A stretch of 62,971 nt of DNA, filler included, from Welwitschia mirabilis (Eukaryota): the NCBI GenBank assembly GCA_051453625.1. It is 6 parts of one record of this genome, joined end to end, with 100 filler letters (N's around TTAATTAATTAA, not from the genome) between each part and the next. Parts side by side here need not be neighbours in the genome. Positions count along the whole stretch, not along the records: positions 1 to 20,119 come from JBOZIK010000001.1; 5 more parts are not named here. One strand, written 5' to 3'. The notes under the pieces are model-generated. The model had not been told where the DNA came from. It did no database searches and was given only the letters and a program-made list of their open reading frames with translations. The translations under genes and the position numbers were made by a program. Positions within the stretch are counted from its first letter, which is position 1, and the number at the start of each line of letters is the position of its first letter. This document shows positions 1-12,700 of this stretch, piece by piece.

Positions 1-211
1 CCTTGGATAAGCATAACTGGATTGCTGTTAAGGCCTTTTCGTCTAACTCATCCCAGTGCTCGTCAGACATGGCCTCTAGTTTCTTTGCTTTTCCATCTAA
101 GGCTTTCTTCAATCCGTTTTGAGTGAGAATGGCCCTCATTTGAACACGCCATATTGAAAAACTTAGTTTGCCATCAAATTTTTCGATGTCAAACTTCGTT
201 ATAGTGGCCAT
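1..211 (-). CDS. Copia gag-pol N-terminus (Tnt1-like), truncated by window edge
   Basis: Manual translation MATITKFDIEKFDGKLSFSIWRVQMRAILTQNGLKKALDGK...WDELDEKALTAIQLCLSK, open for about 70 codons; KFDG..F..W..M motif typical of copia gag. Confidence 0.88.
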   Translation of the reverse strand, partial: MATITKFDIEKFDGKLSFSIWRVQMRAILTQNGLKKALDGKAKKLEAMSDEHWDELDEKALTAIQLCLSK

Positions 212-291
212 TCTTAAAATAAACAATGTGATGAAGAAAGAAAAAACTGGCTCAAAAGGTTGGCTGGCGTATCTTGCTCAAAAATAATAAT

Positions 292-414
292 AAAATATTA
301 TTTGAAAAGAAAATAATATTTTAATGCTCAAATAACAAAAAAATATTATTTAAAGAAAAAATAATATTTTAATGCTAAAATCACAAAAATATTATTTAAA
401 GAAAATAATATTTT
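292..414. repeat. Three tandem ~47-bp units, each with a perfect 12-bp inverted repeat, in the Copia leader
   Basis: AAAATATTATTT-(5-7 nt)-AAATAATATTTT at 292-322, 340-370 and 386-414. Confidence 0.9.
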
Positions 415-1192
415 CATAATAGAGCGCGAAAGAGCGATGGAAGATGGGCGCGGAGTTGTTGTGAGAAATGGATGTTACATTACAGATGCGGTAGCATGGA
501 GAACACTTGGCGGCAGGGAGCTGAGAAAGCGCAAGAGCAGCGGCAGCGTACAGAACACGTGGCAGCAGGGAGCCGAGAGAGCGCAAGTGCAGTGGCAGGC
601 AACGGAAGAGCACTGTGCAGTGCAGGCGGGATGCAAAGTCACACAGAAGAAGGTGCACGGAGGTGAGCGGCAGTGGTAAGAGGTGCACGGGAAGCACAGG
701 CCGAAGAACGGAGCTTTACTTGATACAGTACTAGTGCGGATTGTGTGCACAGAGACAAGCTGCGTGAGCAGCGCATGTGAGACCATGGCGGCACTGTGAA
801 CAGCGCGTCGGGAGCTGCGAAGGCACGAAGGAGGTAGATCGAGAACAGCAAAAGTGAAGATGCAGCACAAAAGCTCAAACGCACAAGAAAAATGCTAGGG
901 AGAATGGCAGCCTGAGTGCAGAGATAGGCAAACGCAACACAACAACGCGCAAAGACAGAGGCGCTGGCAAAGTGTAATGGCATAGGCGTTGGAAGAGTGT
1001 CACACAACAACAGAGTGGCAGTGTAGGCAAAGGTGTGGAAAGATAGCTGCGAAGAGGCTGAGGCACTTAGAACGCAGTGTAAAGCAGCAGCGGGATGGCA
1101 ACTGCTGTCGTTGTAATGGCAGGCTGCCCTTTGACCATCAGACATGTAAGCAATAACGGGGCAGAAGGTGGTGAAGGTGGTGTTGCATACAA

Positions 1193-1206
1193 TGGCTCTG
1201 ATACCA
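1193..1206 (-). promoter_or_regulatory. Primer binding site (tRNA-iMet)
   Basis: Minus strand reads TGGTATCAGAGCCA, 2 nt after the LTR-terminal CA. Confidence 0.92.
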
Positions 1207-1208
1207 CT

Positions 1209-1375
1209 TGATAGACAAGGCGTCATCCTGTAATTACTTTAAATTATACCCCTGTGAGTGGCCTTTTATAGATGAAGTATCTTTGGAAAAACATGACATA
1301 ATACTATGGGCGGTGAACGGTTGGCACCGTCCTTGTTATTTGGATGTGTGCCCAATATGAGCCACACACCCAACA
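1209..1375 (-). repeat. 5' LTR (~167 bp) of the Copia element
   Basis: Minus strand TGTTGGG...TATCA adjacent to the PBS; L1 sequence resumes at 1376. Confidence 0.75.
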
Positions 1376-4300
1376 AAAATTTAGATTAGTTTTAATCTCA
1401 TTAGCTCTGTGATGAAATCTAAATTATAACTATCTGAAAATATTTTCATTTTGACCTTGCCAGATGTGATAAATATAGGCATTGATCAGGGACAAGGTAA
1501 TGATGTTTTGAATATTTTTTCATATTTGAATCTGTGCTTGAGCGACTATAACATACTTATCCAGAAAGCTAATGGAACTTAAAGGAAAATGAGGTCCAGA
1601 GAGAATTGGAGAAAAGCATAGGAAGGAGGACATTCGAAAAAGAAATGATCTCTAGTCTCTTTAGCTCTACCACAAAGACTGCAAGTGGGATTCATATGGA
1701 AACCTTATTTAATCAATCTTACTTTGATGTTTATTATATTGTTGCACACAAGATAAGAAATAAAGAAGTGCTTTGATAAGGCAAACTATTTCATAAAATT
1801 AAAGTCCACTTTGCTCTGGGGGCCTGACCACATAGCTAGGCATACGTGGAGGAAGTGGAAAAAGGCATTATAAGTGCTTTCCAAATTAGCCCATGATTTG
1901 TAACGTTATGCATTATCTTGCTCAGCTCTTAATCTTTAATATTTTTTTGATAATCTAAGATGTATTCTACTTCTCTTGGTAGTGCTAAATATTTTAATGT
2001 TTAAGGTAATATCCATGAACCCATTTAATCCTCAGACTATTTTTTGAGGGCCAGATCCCATAGCTGTATTAAAATTAGAGCTTTGTTCATCAAGGTGAAA
2101 GCTATCAAGCTAAGACCTCTTGCAATTTTTTGTTTCACTAGGGTGTGTCAGGCTACAAGGGCCTTCTTGGAGTGAGTATGTGACCCTATCCATAGGAACC
2201 TTCTGCAAAGGGAGTTAACTTCAGTAATTACTTTCTTGAGGAGGAGAAAAACTCTACACCAAAAAGAGCTTAGACTTTAAAGCACTGCTTTGACTAGGAT
2301 GGATCTTCCTGCGTATGAGAGGAACTTTGTAGGCTAGGATCTTATTATTTCTATTATTTCCAAGATTAAATGAAGGCAATCTGAAATGGATAATTTTTTA
2401 GAATTAAGTAGCACTCCAAGATACCTAACTAGGAGGGCATCTTCTATGAAGCCTAAAACTTGGAGGTAGTGATTCTTTTGGCCTTGCGAAATGCCTTTAA
2501 AGAAAGCTTGTCTCTTAGATAGATTGGCCTCAAGACCTAAATTAGCTAAGAAGTGAATTAACATTTGTTTCAAAGAATGGATGGATGTATCATCCCCTTT
2601 GCAAAATAATAAGAGATCATCTATAAAGCACAAATGCGAAATTTTTAAGCTATGACATTTTGGATGGAAGTGGAAATGAGGTTTTTCAGCCATTTTATTA
2701 AGAGCTCTTGACAAGTACTCCATGACTAGGAAGAAGAGGTAAGGAGGAAAAGGATCTCTTTTCCTAAGACCTCTTTTTTCTAGAAAATAACCTAAAGGCT
2801 CGCCATTCATCAAAATTATATAGAAAATGTTGGTGATGCAAGCCAAAATCCACTTAATGATTTTGTAAGGAAATCCTAACCCAATAAAAAGATCCTTAAG
2901 GAAAGACCATGAAAAAAATTCATAGGCTTTTTTAAGGTCAACCTTTAAAGCACATCTTAGGCTCACATGTTTTCTACTATAGTGTTGGACTACCTCTTGG
3001 GCAAGGAGAATATTATGGATGATACTTCTTTGAGGAATAAAAGCACCCTAGTTATCACTAATTAACAATGCCATAATGCCTTTGATTCTTTATGAAATAA
3101 TGTTCTTTATAGCTTTGTAAATCACATTGCAACATGCTATTCGCTTGTAGTCTAATGTTGCATTTGGGTACACAAGTTTAGGGATCAAAACATTAGCTGT
3201 GAAGTTGATGCTTTTTGGCATGTAGTAGTCTAAGAAGAATTTTTTAATAACTTTACAAACTTCTTCTCCAATGATATTCTAAGTGGACTTGAAAAATTTG
3301 GCTAACCACCCATCAAGATTGGGGGCTTTATCATTTTCAATCAAAAAAAAGCTCTTTTAATTTCTTCAGAGGAGATCAATTTGCATAACTTAATGCATTG
3401 ATCCTCACTCAACTTTGAACCAGCATTTAGAATGGAGTGATTTAGAGAAGAAGCATTAACCTCAATACCTAGGAGGTTTTGAAAGAAGGATATTAACTCA
3501 TCCTTTACTGACTCTGGTTGCTCAAGCAAATGGCCATTATCATCTTGAAGGATTTTGATGAACGAAAAGTGCTTTCTTTGTTTTACACTGGCATGGAAAT
3601 AAGATGAATTTAGATCACCTTCTTAAGCCCATTTGATTTTAGCTCTTTATTTCAAAAAGAGAAACTCTTAGATAAGCAATTTTTTATAGCACAAGGCAGA
3701 GATTCTTTCTTTTTCTAAAAAAGAAATGTCATTAGGAAAGCTTTTTAAAATGTGTTGAACAGCATTGAGCTTATTTTTAGCAAACTTTATTCTTTTATAT
3801 AAGCCTCTAATAGTGTGGCCAAAATGCAATTTGAGTCACTTCTTGATATGCTTCAGTTTGCTATTAAGGTTGGTCAAGGAAGAGCCTCTAGAGAGTAAAG
3901 ACCACTCATTTTGGATGATGCTATTAAAGTTTTCAAGATCACACCAAAAAGTATAAATCTAAATGGTATGTAAGTCTTGATATATTCATTACAAAAGATA
4001 ACAACTAGGGAGTGATTAGACAAATCTGGAGATAAGAAATTTGCATATGACTGAGGGAAGATGTCGATCCATTTTTCATTGCTAAGAGCTTTGTCCAATT
4101 TGCATTGAATCTTGCCTTCATTTTAGTGCATGTTAGACCAAGTAAAGAAGCATCCTATGCTTTGAGATTTGACAAAGAAGTATTGTGGAACAAGTTTTGA
4201 AGTTCTTTGATGTCCTTGCTATTGACAAGACTATCATTATTTTTTTTATGGGTTATCTATGCAGTTAAAGTCATCTAGAAGAGGCCAGGAAAGGTGGGCC

Positions 4301-4635
4301 ATTAATGCTATTTTAAATACATCTTCCCATAGCGGTAGCCTTTCTCTAGCTATGTTAAAACCATACATAAAGGAAACCCACAAATATCTATTTCTATATT
4401 TGATTTCATAATGAATCATTTGAAGGGAGGAATAGAGAACTATAATGTCTACTACTTTTGGATTCCATAAAATAAAAATTCTTCCATTGGAAGATGAGGT
4501 AAAATTATGGACATACCTCGAGGTAAGATCCAGCATGCAGTTCCTTGCAATTATATCTGCTTTTTCACCCTGAACTTTGATTTCTATTGTAGCAAAAATG
4601 GTAATTTTTAGCTCAAAAATCATTAGCTTGATTAG
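1376..4635 (-). pseudogene. L1 LINE ORF2 (APE endonuclease, RT, zf-RVT), decayed
   Basis: GRIFILWNP/WPLLDDFN/DLSNHS (EN); LKVDLKKAY, RGLRKRDPFPPYLF, HLCFIDDL, RYLGV (RT); CSLCGRAKETRDHFFFECP at about 1625-1690; many stops and frameshifts. Confidence 0.93.
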
Positions 4636-4729
4636 AACCCACTGCACTATGCTGTGCATGAAGGGCATCTACCTCCCTATGTCACACTGCCACATTCAAG
4701 CCTTTTAAACCCTAGGGCACTACATTCAA

Positions 4730-5933
4730 ATGGATTTAGAAGGCATCAATCATCCTTCTCCAAAAGAGAAGCTTTAGGCAGAAGTGGAATCATGGGTAAA
4801 TATTTTTGCATAAAATAGAAATGTTGATTCGGGCTTGACATTAGAGTTCTACCCACAACAATTTTTAGCAACAGAAATCAATATAGATGAGAAGGAGTGG
4901 AATGTTGGAGTCTCAAAATGGGCAAACTCACTTATCAACTTTATTTATGGCCTAAAACCCCACATCCTTAGAGTTCAAAGCTATGTTCGCAACCAGTGGG
5001 ATAAAAAACTATAGGTTTCAGTGTTCTAAATCGAAAGAGGAGTTTTCATCTTCAAATTTCAAATTACTTAAGCAATGTAAAAAGTCCTAGAAAGAGGCCC
5101 TTAGCCTTTTGATAATAGATCACTAATTCTAAAGCTATGGATGCCCAGGACAATGCTCGAAACAAATAAAATCACAAAAATCCTAGTATGGTGAAACTCC
5201 CTCGCCTCAACTTGCACCTCTGGTCTACAAAGGTCCTATCTAATATTGCTAGCATCATTGGTAAGCCCATCTACAATGATGGCATAATAGTAAAGCAAGG
5301 AAGACTAAACTTTGTAAGAATTTGTGTCAAGATATCCCCTGAATACGAACTGCCCCCTTCCATTACCATAAGGGGACTCAAAGATGAGTTCTTGAAATAA
5401 TCGATAGAATATGAATTGATACCAGCCAAATGTGCCCATTGTATCTACATTGATCATAGCTCTGAAATGTGCAAAAGAAGACTAGATCCTATTTGAAGAC
5501 TTGTGAAAGGCGACAGCAGTAAATACCAATGCAAAATCCTCAGCAGAAGTCCTCAAGTAGTCATATAACCACTCAGTAAGGAAGTAATCCTCAGGATATA
5601 GAACATTCACTTGGTAAGGATCCTAATCCCCTAATCTCAGAATCTTTACAATCTAGTTATTTCACTGTCAATGTGTTCCCAGTGCCCTCAATAGAGCAAG
5701 CTATTGATACATTATTAATTCCCTAGGCATTTACAAAGTATCAGACTTTTTTAAAGGATTCGAGTATTCAAACCCCTATTACAGAGCAAAACCCATTCAA
5801 TGTTTTGAACTCAAAGAAGGATCCAGAAGAAATTTTCCCTCTCCAAAAATCTTCTAGCTCTAAAAATAGATTAATCCAAAGAAAACTTCATAGTGGAAGG
5901 GGCAAAGAGTTCATTGATAATAACCTTGGTTAA
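4730..5933 (+). pseudogene. L1 LINE ORF1 (DUF4283 + zinc knuckle), decayed, inverted relative to ORF2
   Basis: MDLEG...SWVNIF...KWANSLINFIYGLKP...VRNQW; WVKLPRLNLHLWSTKVLSNIASIIGKPI...FVRICV; C-x2-C-x3-H-x4-C-like knuckle at about 5430-5472; ends at TAATG (5931-5935). Confidence 0.88.
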
Positions 5934-8035
5934 TGCATATAGTTTAGCTAATTCTTCTTTACATCATATTTTATTTCTTTATTAATTATTTAAATTTGCA
6001 TGTGTCACTTATTATAAATATGTATTGCAACATTACACATAATAACTCTTAATTGATTAATGCTTTTATAGATAGTTTATAATATTGAAATTCAAACTAT
6101 GTTATATTATGTCTAGGTAGACCCAATAGGATTTGTCAAACTAAAAAATTAGAATCATTTATTTAATGACTCAGATGTGACTAAAATTCATGAAATTTAA
6201 ACACATCTTTAAGAAATGGTCTCAATACCAATTATGGCATGGAATATAACTCATACAATGTTGCATTATTAATTCTCCATTCCAGAAAAAGTAGTATATT
6301 AGCACTCTAGTAGAATTTCATGTTCATATCTTGTTACTTTAAGTAAACAAATTTTACATACTTGATCCTCCTATGTAGTATCATTCCATTTATTCAATTC
6401 CACCATGAGATGAGGGAATCCTTATTTCATTCCTGAAATTAGTGTTTATGTTAATTGAAATATTTTGTTCTTTCATCTAATTTGCCTTCTCAAACACACC
6501 CATAGTAAAATAAATTTTTTTTTCACTCTCTTCTAATAATCTTCTATAGCATTTTCCTTTACCATCTTATGAGAATGGACCAGATTTATTATTTTCCTAG
6601 GTCATAGATGTTCTAGTATCTATGCAATCATTTGTTTCCATCTTAACACCATTTCCTTTCATAAGTTCTTAAAAGTGCCTATTTTAAAAATTTATACTAA
6701 TAACTCTATTGTAAGTTATAATACAAGGTACGAAACTTCTATATTATCTTAGCTTCTAGACGCAACATGTTTGCCTCCAACATATCATATGAAACTTGAG
6801 TTTAAGCAATTCCTGTAAGAATGATAAGTTTAATGGGAGAAATGTAAACTATTTGTTTGGAAGATACATTACAAACATGGTCTTAAGAGAGTAATATGAG
6901 TAACTATTATGCTATTAGGTAGAGTAAATAAGGCTTGCACCCTATAATTGATCCAAAATAAATTGGTTCTACACCGTCTATATCATGTTCCATTCTATTC
7001 TAAAGAATTCTAATTTTTAAAGTAGATATTCCTATAAAATAGATAATTTACAATCATCTTTAATAAATATTTTTTGGCATTTCATGTCCAAATGTCTTCT
7101 TTCTTGTATTTACCTTTCATTCCATAGTATGTATTATGAAATTTTTTCATAACTTGATTTTTTTTTTTGAAGCTAAGTATTCTTAATTGAAAATGTATTA
7201 AAAAAAACGTTTTTTAATATAAAATGTAAAGCCTAATAAATTTTTATTTTTTTTTTTACATTATAGATAATCTCGATAATGTCTATGTATAAAAATGATA
7301 GACAATTCAATGAATACAAGTACAATGCCCCTTAGATAGTTAGGGTGAAAAAAAGGTTGAAAATGATTTTATGGAACTTGCATCTATAGGATTATTGGCC
7401 AAAAATTAGTTTTAAATTATAATAATAGAAGAGATAAAACCTAGGAAATTTAAAATTAAGCTTCCTTCGTAAGTTTTGTTTGAAATTATAGGAGGAAAGA
7501 AAAATGAAGAATGCTTTTCTCTCAATGCACTTTCTCCTACATCTTTGATTTCCCTAGAGTTCCTTCGTTGCTTGTGACTTTGCCTTAACATGGGTCTATT
7601 TGGGTTGTTCTCCCTATGATGTCATTTCTCAAACTTTTTATACTAGCGTTATTTTTGGTTATGCTCTGGTTCTATGTTTCCTAGTCTTCTTTCAAAGAGT
7701 GCCTTCTCTCTACACAGTGTTATTCTATGCATCTTGTTGATATGCCTCTGATTCTCTGCTTATGTTATCCCCTGTAATGCGCGTTTACCTCGTTTCTCTT
7801 CATTTCTCTATGTTCTTCTGGCTTTGTCTGAGCCTCCTCTGTGATGCATTTTCTTTCTCTAAATGCCATTTCTATCCTCTTGCATCTTCGCTCTGCTTCT
7901 TATGTGATCTAATCTAATGTGCCTCTTGAATATTTGATTCCTCTCTTCCTCATGGTCTTCCATCTCTTTTTGAATGTAATTTGCTATTATGATTTACATG
8001 ATCTCCTTCTATTCTTTTGGCGCTGAGCCTCCTTT

Positions 8036-8336
8036 GCCTTATTTCTATTTGATGGTAAGCAAAAGACTAGTCTTTTTGGTCAATTCTTCATGCTATAAAC
8101 AGGTGAATGATCTGGTCATTATGTNNNNNNNNNNTCGTGCATATGCGAAAATGGTTATGTTCGATGCACTAGATGAACTTTTCAGCAAGTGTAGAATCAA
8201 TCCCAGAGACATTGATTTCTTGATCATAAACTGTAGTCTATTTAACCTCACTTCATCACTCTCTGAAATGATCATAAATCATTACAGAATGTGAAAGAAC
8301 ATCATAACCTTCAATCTAGGTAGAATGAGTAGCAGC
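8036..8336 (+). pseudogene. 3-ketoacyl-CoA synthase (KCS/FAE1 family) fragment
   Basis: YLMVSKRLVFLVNSSCYK..[N gap]..[62 protein letters not shown] matches the KCS pattern VYLVDF.CYKP / MVMFGALDELF..T..P.DI.ILIVNCSLFNPTPSLS.MI.NHY...FNLGGMGCS; in-frame stop, catalytic Cys lost. Confidence 0.9.
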
Positions 8337-8619
8337 TCTTTCACGGTGTGAAAAGTCACATGTTTGAATCATGGCAAGGTAAGAAATTCCTTTGTTCTAT
8401 TTGAAGGAGGCTCAAAAGTTTCCAAATAGGTGCTTTTCTTTTTTGCGTTTCGTTTAGTAAAAGAGAAATTAGATCAGTTCAAATGGTTGATACCATCAGC
8501 TTCTGCTAGCATTTCTTTGCCTTTCGGGTTCAGATGTTTAAGCTTGTATGTGCTTGTCTACTTACGGTAAATACTTGTTATTTCCTACTGCGATTAATTG
8601 ATTACTTCATTTATGATAG

Positions 8620-8810
8620 AACTTTAATGTCATTTACATGTTGAAAGGTCTCCAACACATTTAGAAATTACTTAATAATCCTCAAAGACAATGAAAGTTT
8701 AAGAAACGGAAAGATCACAATCCATCAATTAATCTATTGGTTGAAATGTCAAGGGAAGTTAAAGCAAAATAGGAGATGCATATCTCTCTGGATGCTATTA
8801 ATGCTAACAT
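8620..8810 (-). pseudogene. Possible leucine-rich-repeat gene fragment
   Basis: Minus-strand peptides ALTSLDISTNRL and ISKCVGDLST resemble the plant LRR consensus, but are frameshifted and short. Confidence 0.3.
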
Positions 8811-9358
8811 TCATTCAACTCTATCACTATCTTGTAAAACCTCATCACCTTTAAATTTTACCTCCATAGTGTCTAAACAAACCTTTTATTTGGTTGCATT
8901 CCACCTCCGCAATTATTATTGGAACGATTAATTCATAAACAAGCTCAAAATAATCCCTAGTGAGACAATGAGCTATGCTTGCTTTCAGATTTATTTTGAT
9001 TAATTTTTTGTGATTTATTAATGATATGGTTCTACATTGAATTGCTTATTGAACTTTTCCTTTTGTCCTCGAGAATGCCACTTATTTTGTGTGCATGAGA
9101 TTTTAGAAATACTGGAGATAAATCTTTCATTTGATAAGGATACAAGAAAAAATATGCTTATTTCACAAATCATGGTAGTTCTTTATCATGTTCCCTGGTC
9201 TGTCTAGGTTGCGCTCTATTCTTTTACTCTTCTGCTTTTAGGACTGATAACTTTACTTTATTCTCCTCTATGCAATCCAATAAAAAACTAATAATAGGAG
9301 CTAGATGGTATTCCATAAGTTCTCACATTAAAGTCTGATATGTTGCTGAAGTATGATG

Positions 9359-9657
9359 TGTGAAAAATTAGTGCATCTTAATAAGTTAATTTACTATTAC
9401 TCTTTTAATTTTTCTATTTCTATTTTTTTGTATAAGATTTAGTCAAAACTTAGGTATCAATAAAAGAGCAGTTTGCTCTATTCTGGTAGCATTTTTTGTA
9501 ACTTCTTCCTAGGAGAATTTTTATTTTCTGAATCTATAAATTCAGCATCAAATGTATTGTGTTGCATCTAAAATGAAAAGGATTAGCTCATTCTTCAAAC
9601 ACTAGTTTAATTATCTTGTGTTTTAATAAGTTTTTACTTACTTTCTCTTTTGTTATA
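9359..9657 (+). repeat. 5' LTR of Copia
   Basis: Aligns with 14871-15171, about 30 substitutions plus a few indels by manual count (~10%). Confidence 0.95.
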
Positions 9658-9742
9658 TGGTATTAGAGCACGTACAAGGTTCTTGTTTCTTTTTCTCTTA
9701 AGAAGATTGAAACCTTGTAAGAGGAAATTCTTAATCTGCAAT

Positions 9743-12700
9743 ATGGAGTTATTTAATGAAGGAAATAGTGCTAATACACAATATGGTATTGAGAAACTTG
9801 TAGGTACAAACTACAAGTATTGGAGAATGTGTCTGGAGGTGTATCTTTAAGGATAGGATTTATGGGAACTGGTTGCTGGTGCTGATATGATGATTCTAGA
9901 AGACACTCTTGACAATGCTAAACCACGAAGGAAGTGGAAGATCAAATTTGGAAAAGCCTTATTCCCTCTGATAACATCAATCAGCAAAGAGTTCATTCAT
10001 CATGCTTGAGATGTTGGCTCTTCGAAGAAAGTATGGGATATTCTTGAAAGGATATTTTCCAAGAAAAATATAGTAAGGTTACGATTCTTGGAAAATGAAT
10101 TAGCAATAATGACACAAGAAGGTATGTTGATCTCAGAATATTTTTTGCAAGTAAAAAATATATGTGCTGAAATTTCTGAACTAGATTCAGATGAGAAGGT
10201 TAGTAAAGCTTGTTTGAGGAGATTTCTCATTTGTGGTTTGAAGAAGAAGTTCAATCCTTATGTATTGTCTGTCCAAGGTTAGGAAAAATAGCCATCGGTT
10301 AAAGAATTAGAGAATTTACTCTCTAATCAAGTGGCTTTAGCTAAGCAAATTACCAAAACCTATAGTATTGAACAAGATGCATCTCGTCTCTCAAGAGGAA
10401 AGTCGATTAACAATAATTCAGAAGAAGATACAAATGGAAAGAGGATGATCAGCAACAATCCACAAGGTAATAAGTCCTTCAAGTGTTACAAATGCAGAAA
10501 GCTTGGGCACATAAAGAGAAATTGCTGTATGAAACTCTCAAAAGTAAATATTGCTTGGGAAGATGAAGAGGATGATCAACTCAATTGGGAGCAGTGCTTT
10601 ACTACTAAGGAAACAACAACAGATCAAGTCAATTATGCCAACTATAAAGAAGAATGGATCATTGATTCCAGTTGCTCACATCATGTAATAGACAATGATN
10701 NNNNNNNNNNNNNNNNNNNNNNNNNNNNNNNNNNNNNNNNNNNNNNNNNNNNNNNNNNNNNNNNNNNNNNNNNNNNNNNNNNNNNNNNNNNNNNNNNNNN
10801 NNNNNNNNNNNNNNNNNNNNNNNNNNNNNNNNNNNNNNNNNNNNNNNNNNNNNNNNNNNNNNNNNNNNNNNNNNNNNNNNNNNNNNNNNNNNNNNNNNNN
10901 NNNNNNNNNNNNNNNNNNNNNNNNNNNNNNNNNNNNNNNNNNNNNNNNNNNNNNNNNNNNNNNNNNNNNNNNNNNNNNNNNNNNNNNNNNNNNNNNNNNN
11001 NNNNNNNNNNNNNNNNNNNNNNNNNNNNNNNNNNNNNNNNNNNNNNNNNNNNNNNNNNNNNNNNNNNNNNNNNNNNNNNNNNNNNNNNNNNNNNNNNNNN
11101 NNNNNNNNNNNNNNNNNNNNNNNNNNNNNNNNNNNNNNNNNNNNNNNNNNNNNNNNNNNNNNNNNNNNNNNNNNNNNNNNNNNNNNNNNNNNNNNNNNNN
11201 NNNNNNNNNNNNNNNNNNNNNNNNNNNNNNNNNNNNNNNNNNNNNNNNNNNNNNNNNNNNNNNNNNNNNNNNNNNNNNNNNNNNNNNNNNNNNNNNNNNN
11301 NNNNNNNNNNNNNNNNNNNNNNNNNNNNNNNNNNNNNNNNNNNNNNNNNNAAATTTCTAAACTAGATTCGGATGAGAAGATCAGTGAAGCTCGTTTGACA
11401 AGATGTCTTATTCATGGTTTGAAGGAGTTCATTCCTTATGTGTTGTCTATAGAAGGATGGGAAAAACAACCATTAGTTAAAGAATTAGAGAGTTCATTCT
11501 CTAATCAAGAGGCTTTAACTAATAAAATGACCAAAAGCTTTAGTGTTAAACAACATGCAGTTATTTTCTCAAGAGGAAAATCAAATGAGAATAATTCATA
11601 GGAAGATACAAATGGAAATAGGACTATCAATAACAATCCACAAGGTAACAAGTCTTTCAAGTGTTATAGATGTGGAAATCCTGGGCATATAAAAAGAAAT
11701 TGTCATGTGAAACTCTCAAAAGCAAATGTTTCCTGCAAAGATGAAGAGGATGATTAACTCAATTGGGAGTAGTGTTTTACTACCAAAGGATCTAAAGAAA
11801 CAGCAGCAGATCAAACTCAAATCAACTACACCAACCACAAAGAAGAATGGATCATTGATTTTGGCTGCTCACATCATGTAATAAGTGATGATTCATTATT
11901 TTGAAAGATGTGTCAACATAATGGAAATTGAGTCATTATCACAGTTGATAACTCAACATATCTAGTAGTAAAAGAAGGTGCTCTAAAGATTGATGTTGAT
12001 GATGCAAGTATCAAGTTAAATTATGTCTATTATGTACCAGGTTTGAATAAAAATTTAGTTTCAGTTTCTCAGATTACTAATTCTAGAAAATATGTGTTGT
12101 TTGGTCCAAATGATGTGAAGGTACTTGATAATGTGAAAAATGTTGTAGCTGATGCTGTTCTTTCTAGTGAAAAGAAAGGATCCTTATTTGTAATGTCAAT
12201 AGGAGAGGTATATGTGAAGAAAACAAGTTAGACTGACAGTGCAACAACTTGACACATTCGGTTGGGGCATGTAGGCTATTAAATGCTATAACAAATTTAT
12301 TCAGAGAAGCTACTAGATGAATTACCAATTCTGAAAAGTGTCCATGAAAATGTGATTTGTCAAGGCATCTAATATGGTAAATCACATCAACTTCCTTTCA
12401 AAAACTCATCCAACCACAGATCGACTGCTTTTGAATTGGTTCATATAGATCTGATGGGATCAACAAGAACACCAAGTTGCAGCAATTACCATTACATAAT
12501 GGTACTGATGGATGACTATTCACAGTACATCTAGAAATATCTTTTTGAAAGAAAAAAAATGAAGCAATATCCAAGTTTGTTGAATTCAAAAATATGATAG
12601 AGAAGAAGTTTAGGCAGAAATTCAAATTTTTAAGAAACAATAATGGTGGGGAGTTAATTTCAGCTAATTTCTTTTAATATTATGATAGTAATGGAATTCA

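Larger units (their letters stand above)
1..1375 (-). mobile_element. Ty1/copia LTR retrotransposon, 5' part (LTR, PBS, long leader, start of gag); continues off the left edge
   Basis: Short LTR 1209-1375 with TG...CA ends; tRNA-iMet PBS at 1193-1206; gag from 211 leftwards; inserted into the L1 ORF2 C-terminus. Confidence 0.9.

Noticed and set aside
392-1226. Several overlapping 60-195 aa ORFs
   Set aside because: By-products of the GC-rich, stop-poor Copia leader; low-complexity Cys/Leu/Ala content and no recognisable domain.
6000-7200. Possible decayed Gypsy integrase on the minus strand
   Set aside because: Only vague peptide hints; too degenerate to support a call.
10695-11365. Long ORFs spanning N runs (also 29819-30158, 35467-36301)
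   Set aside because: Open only because N codons are not stops.
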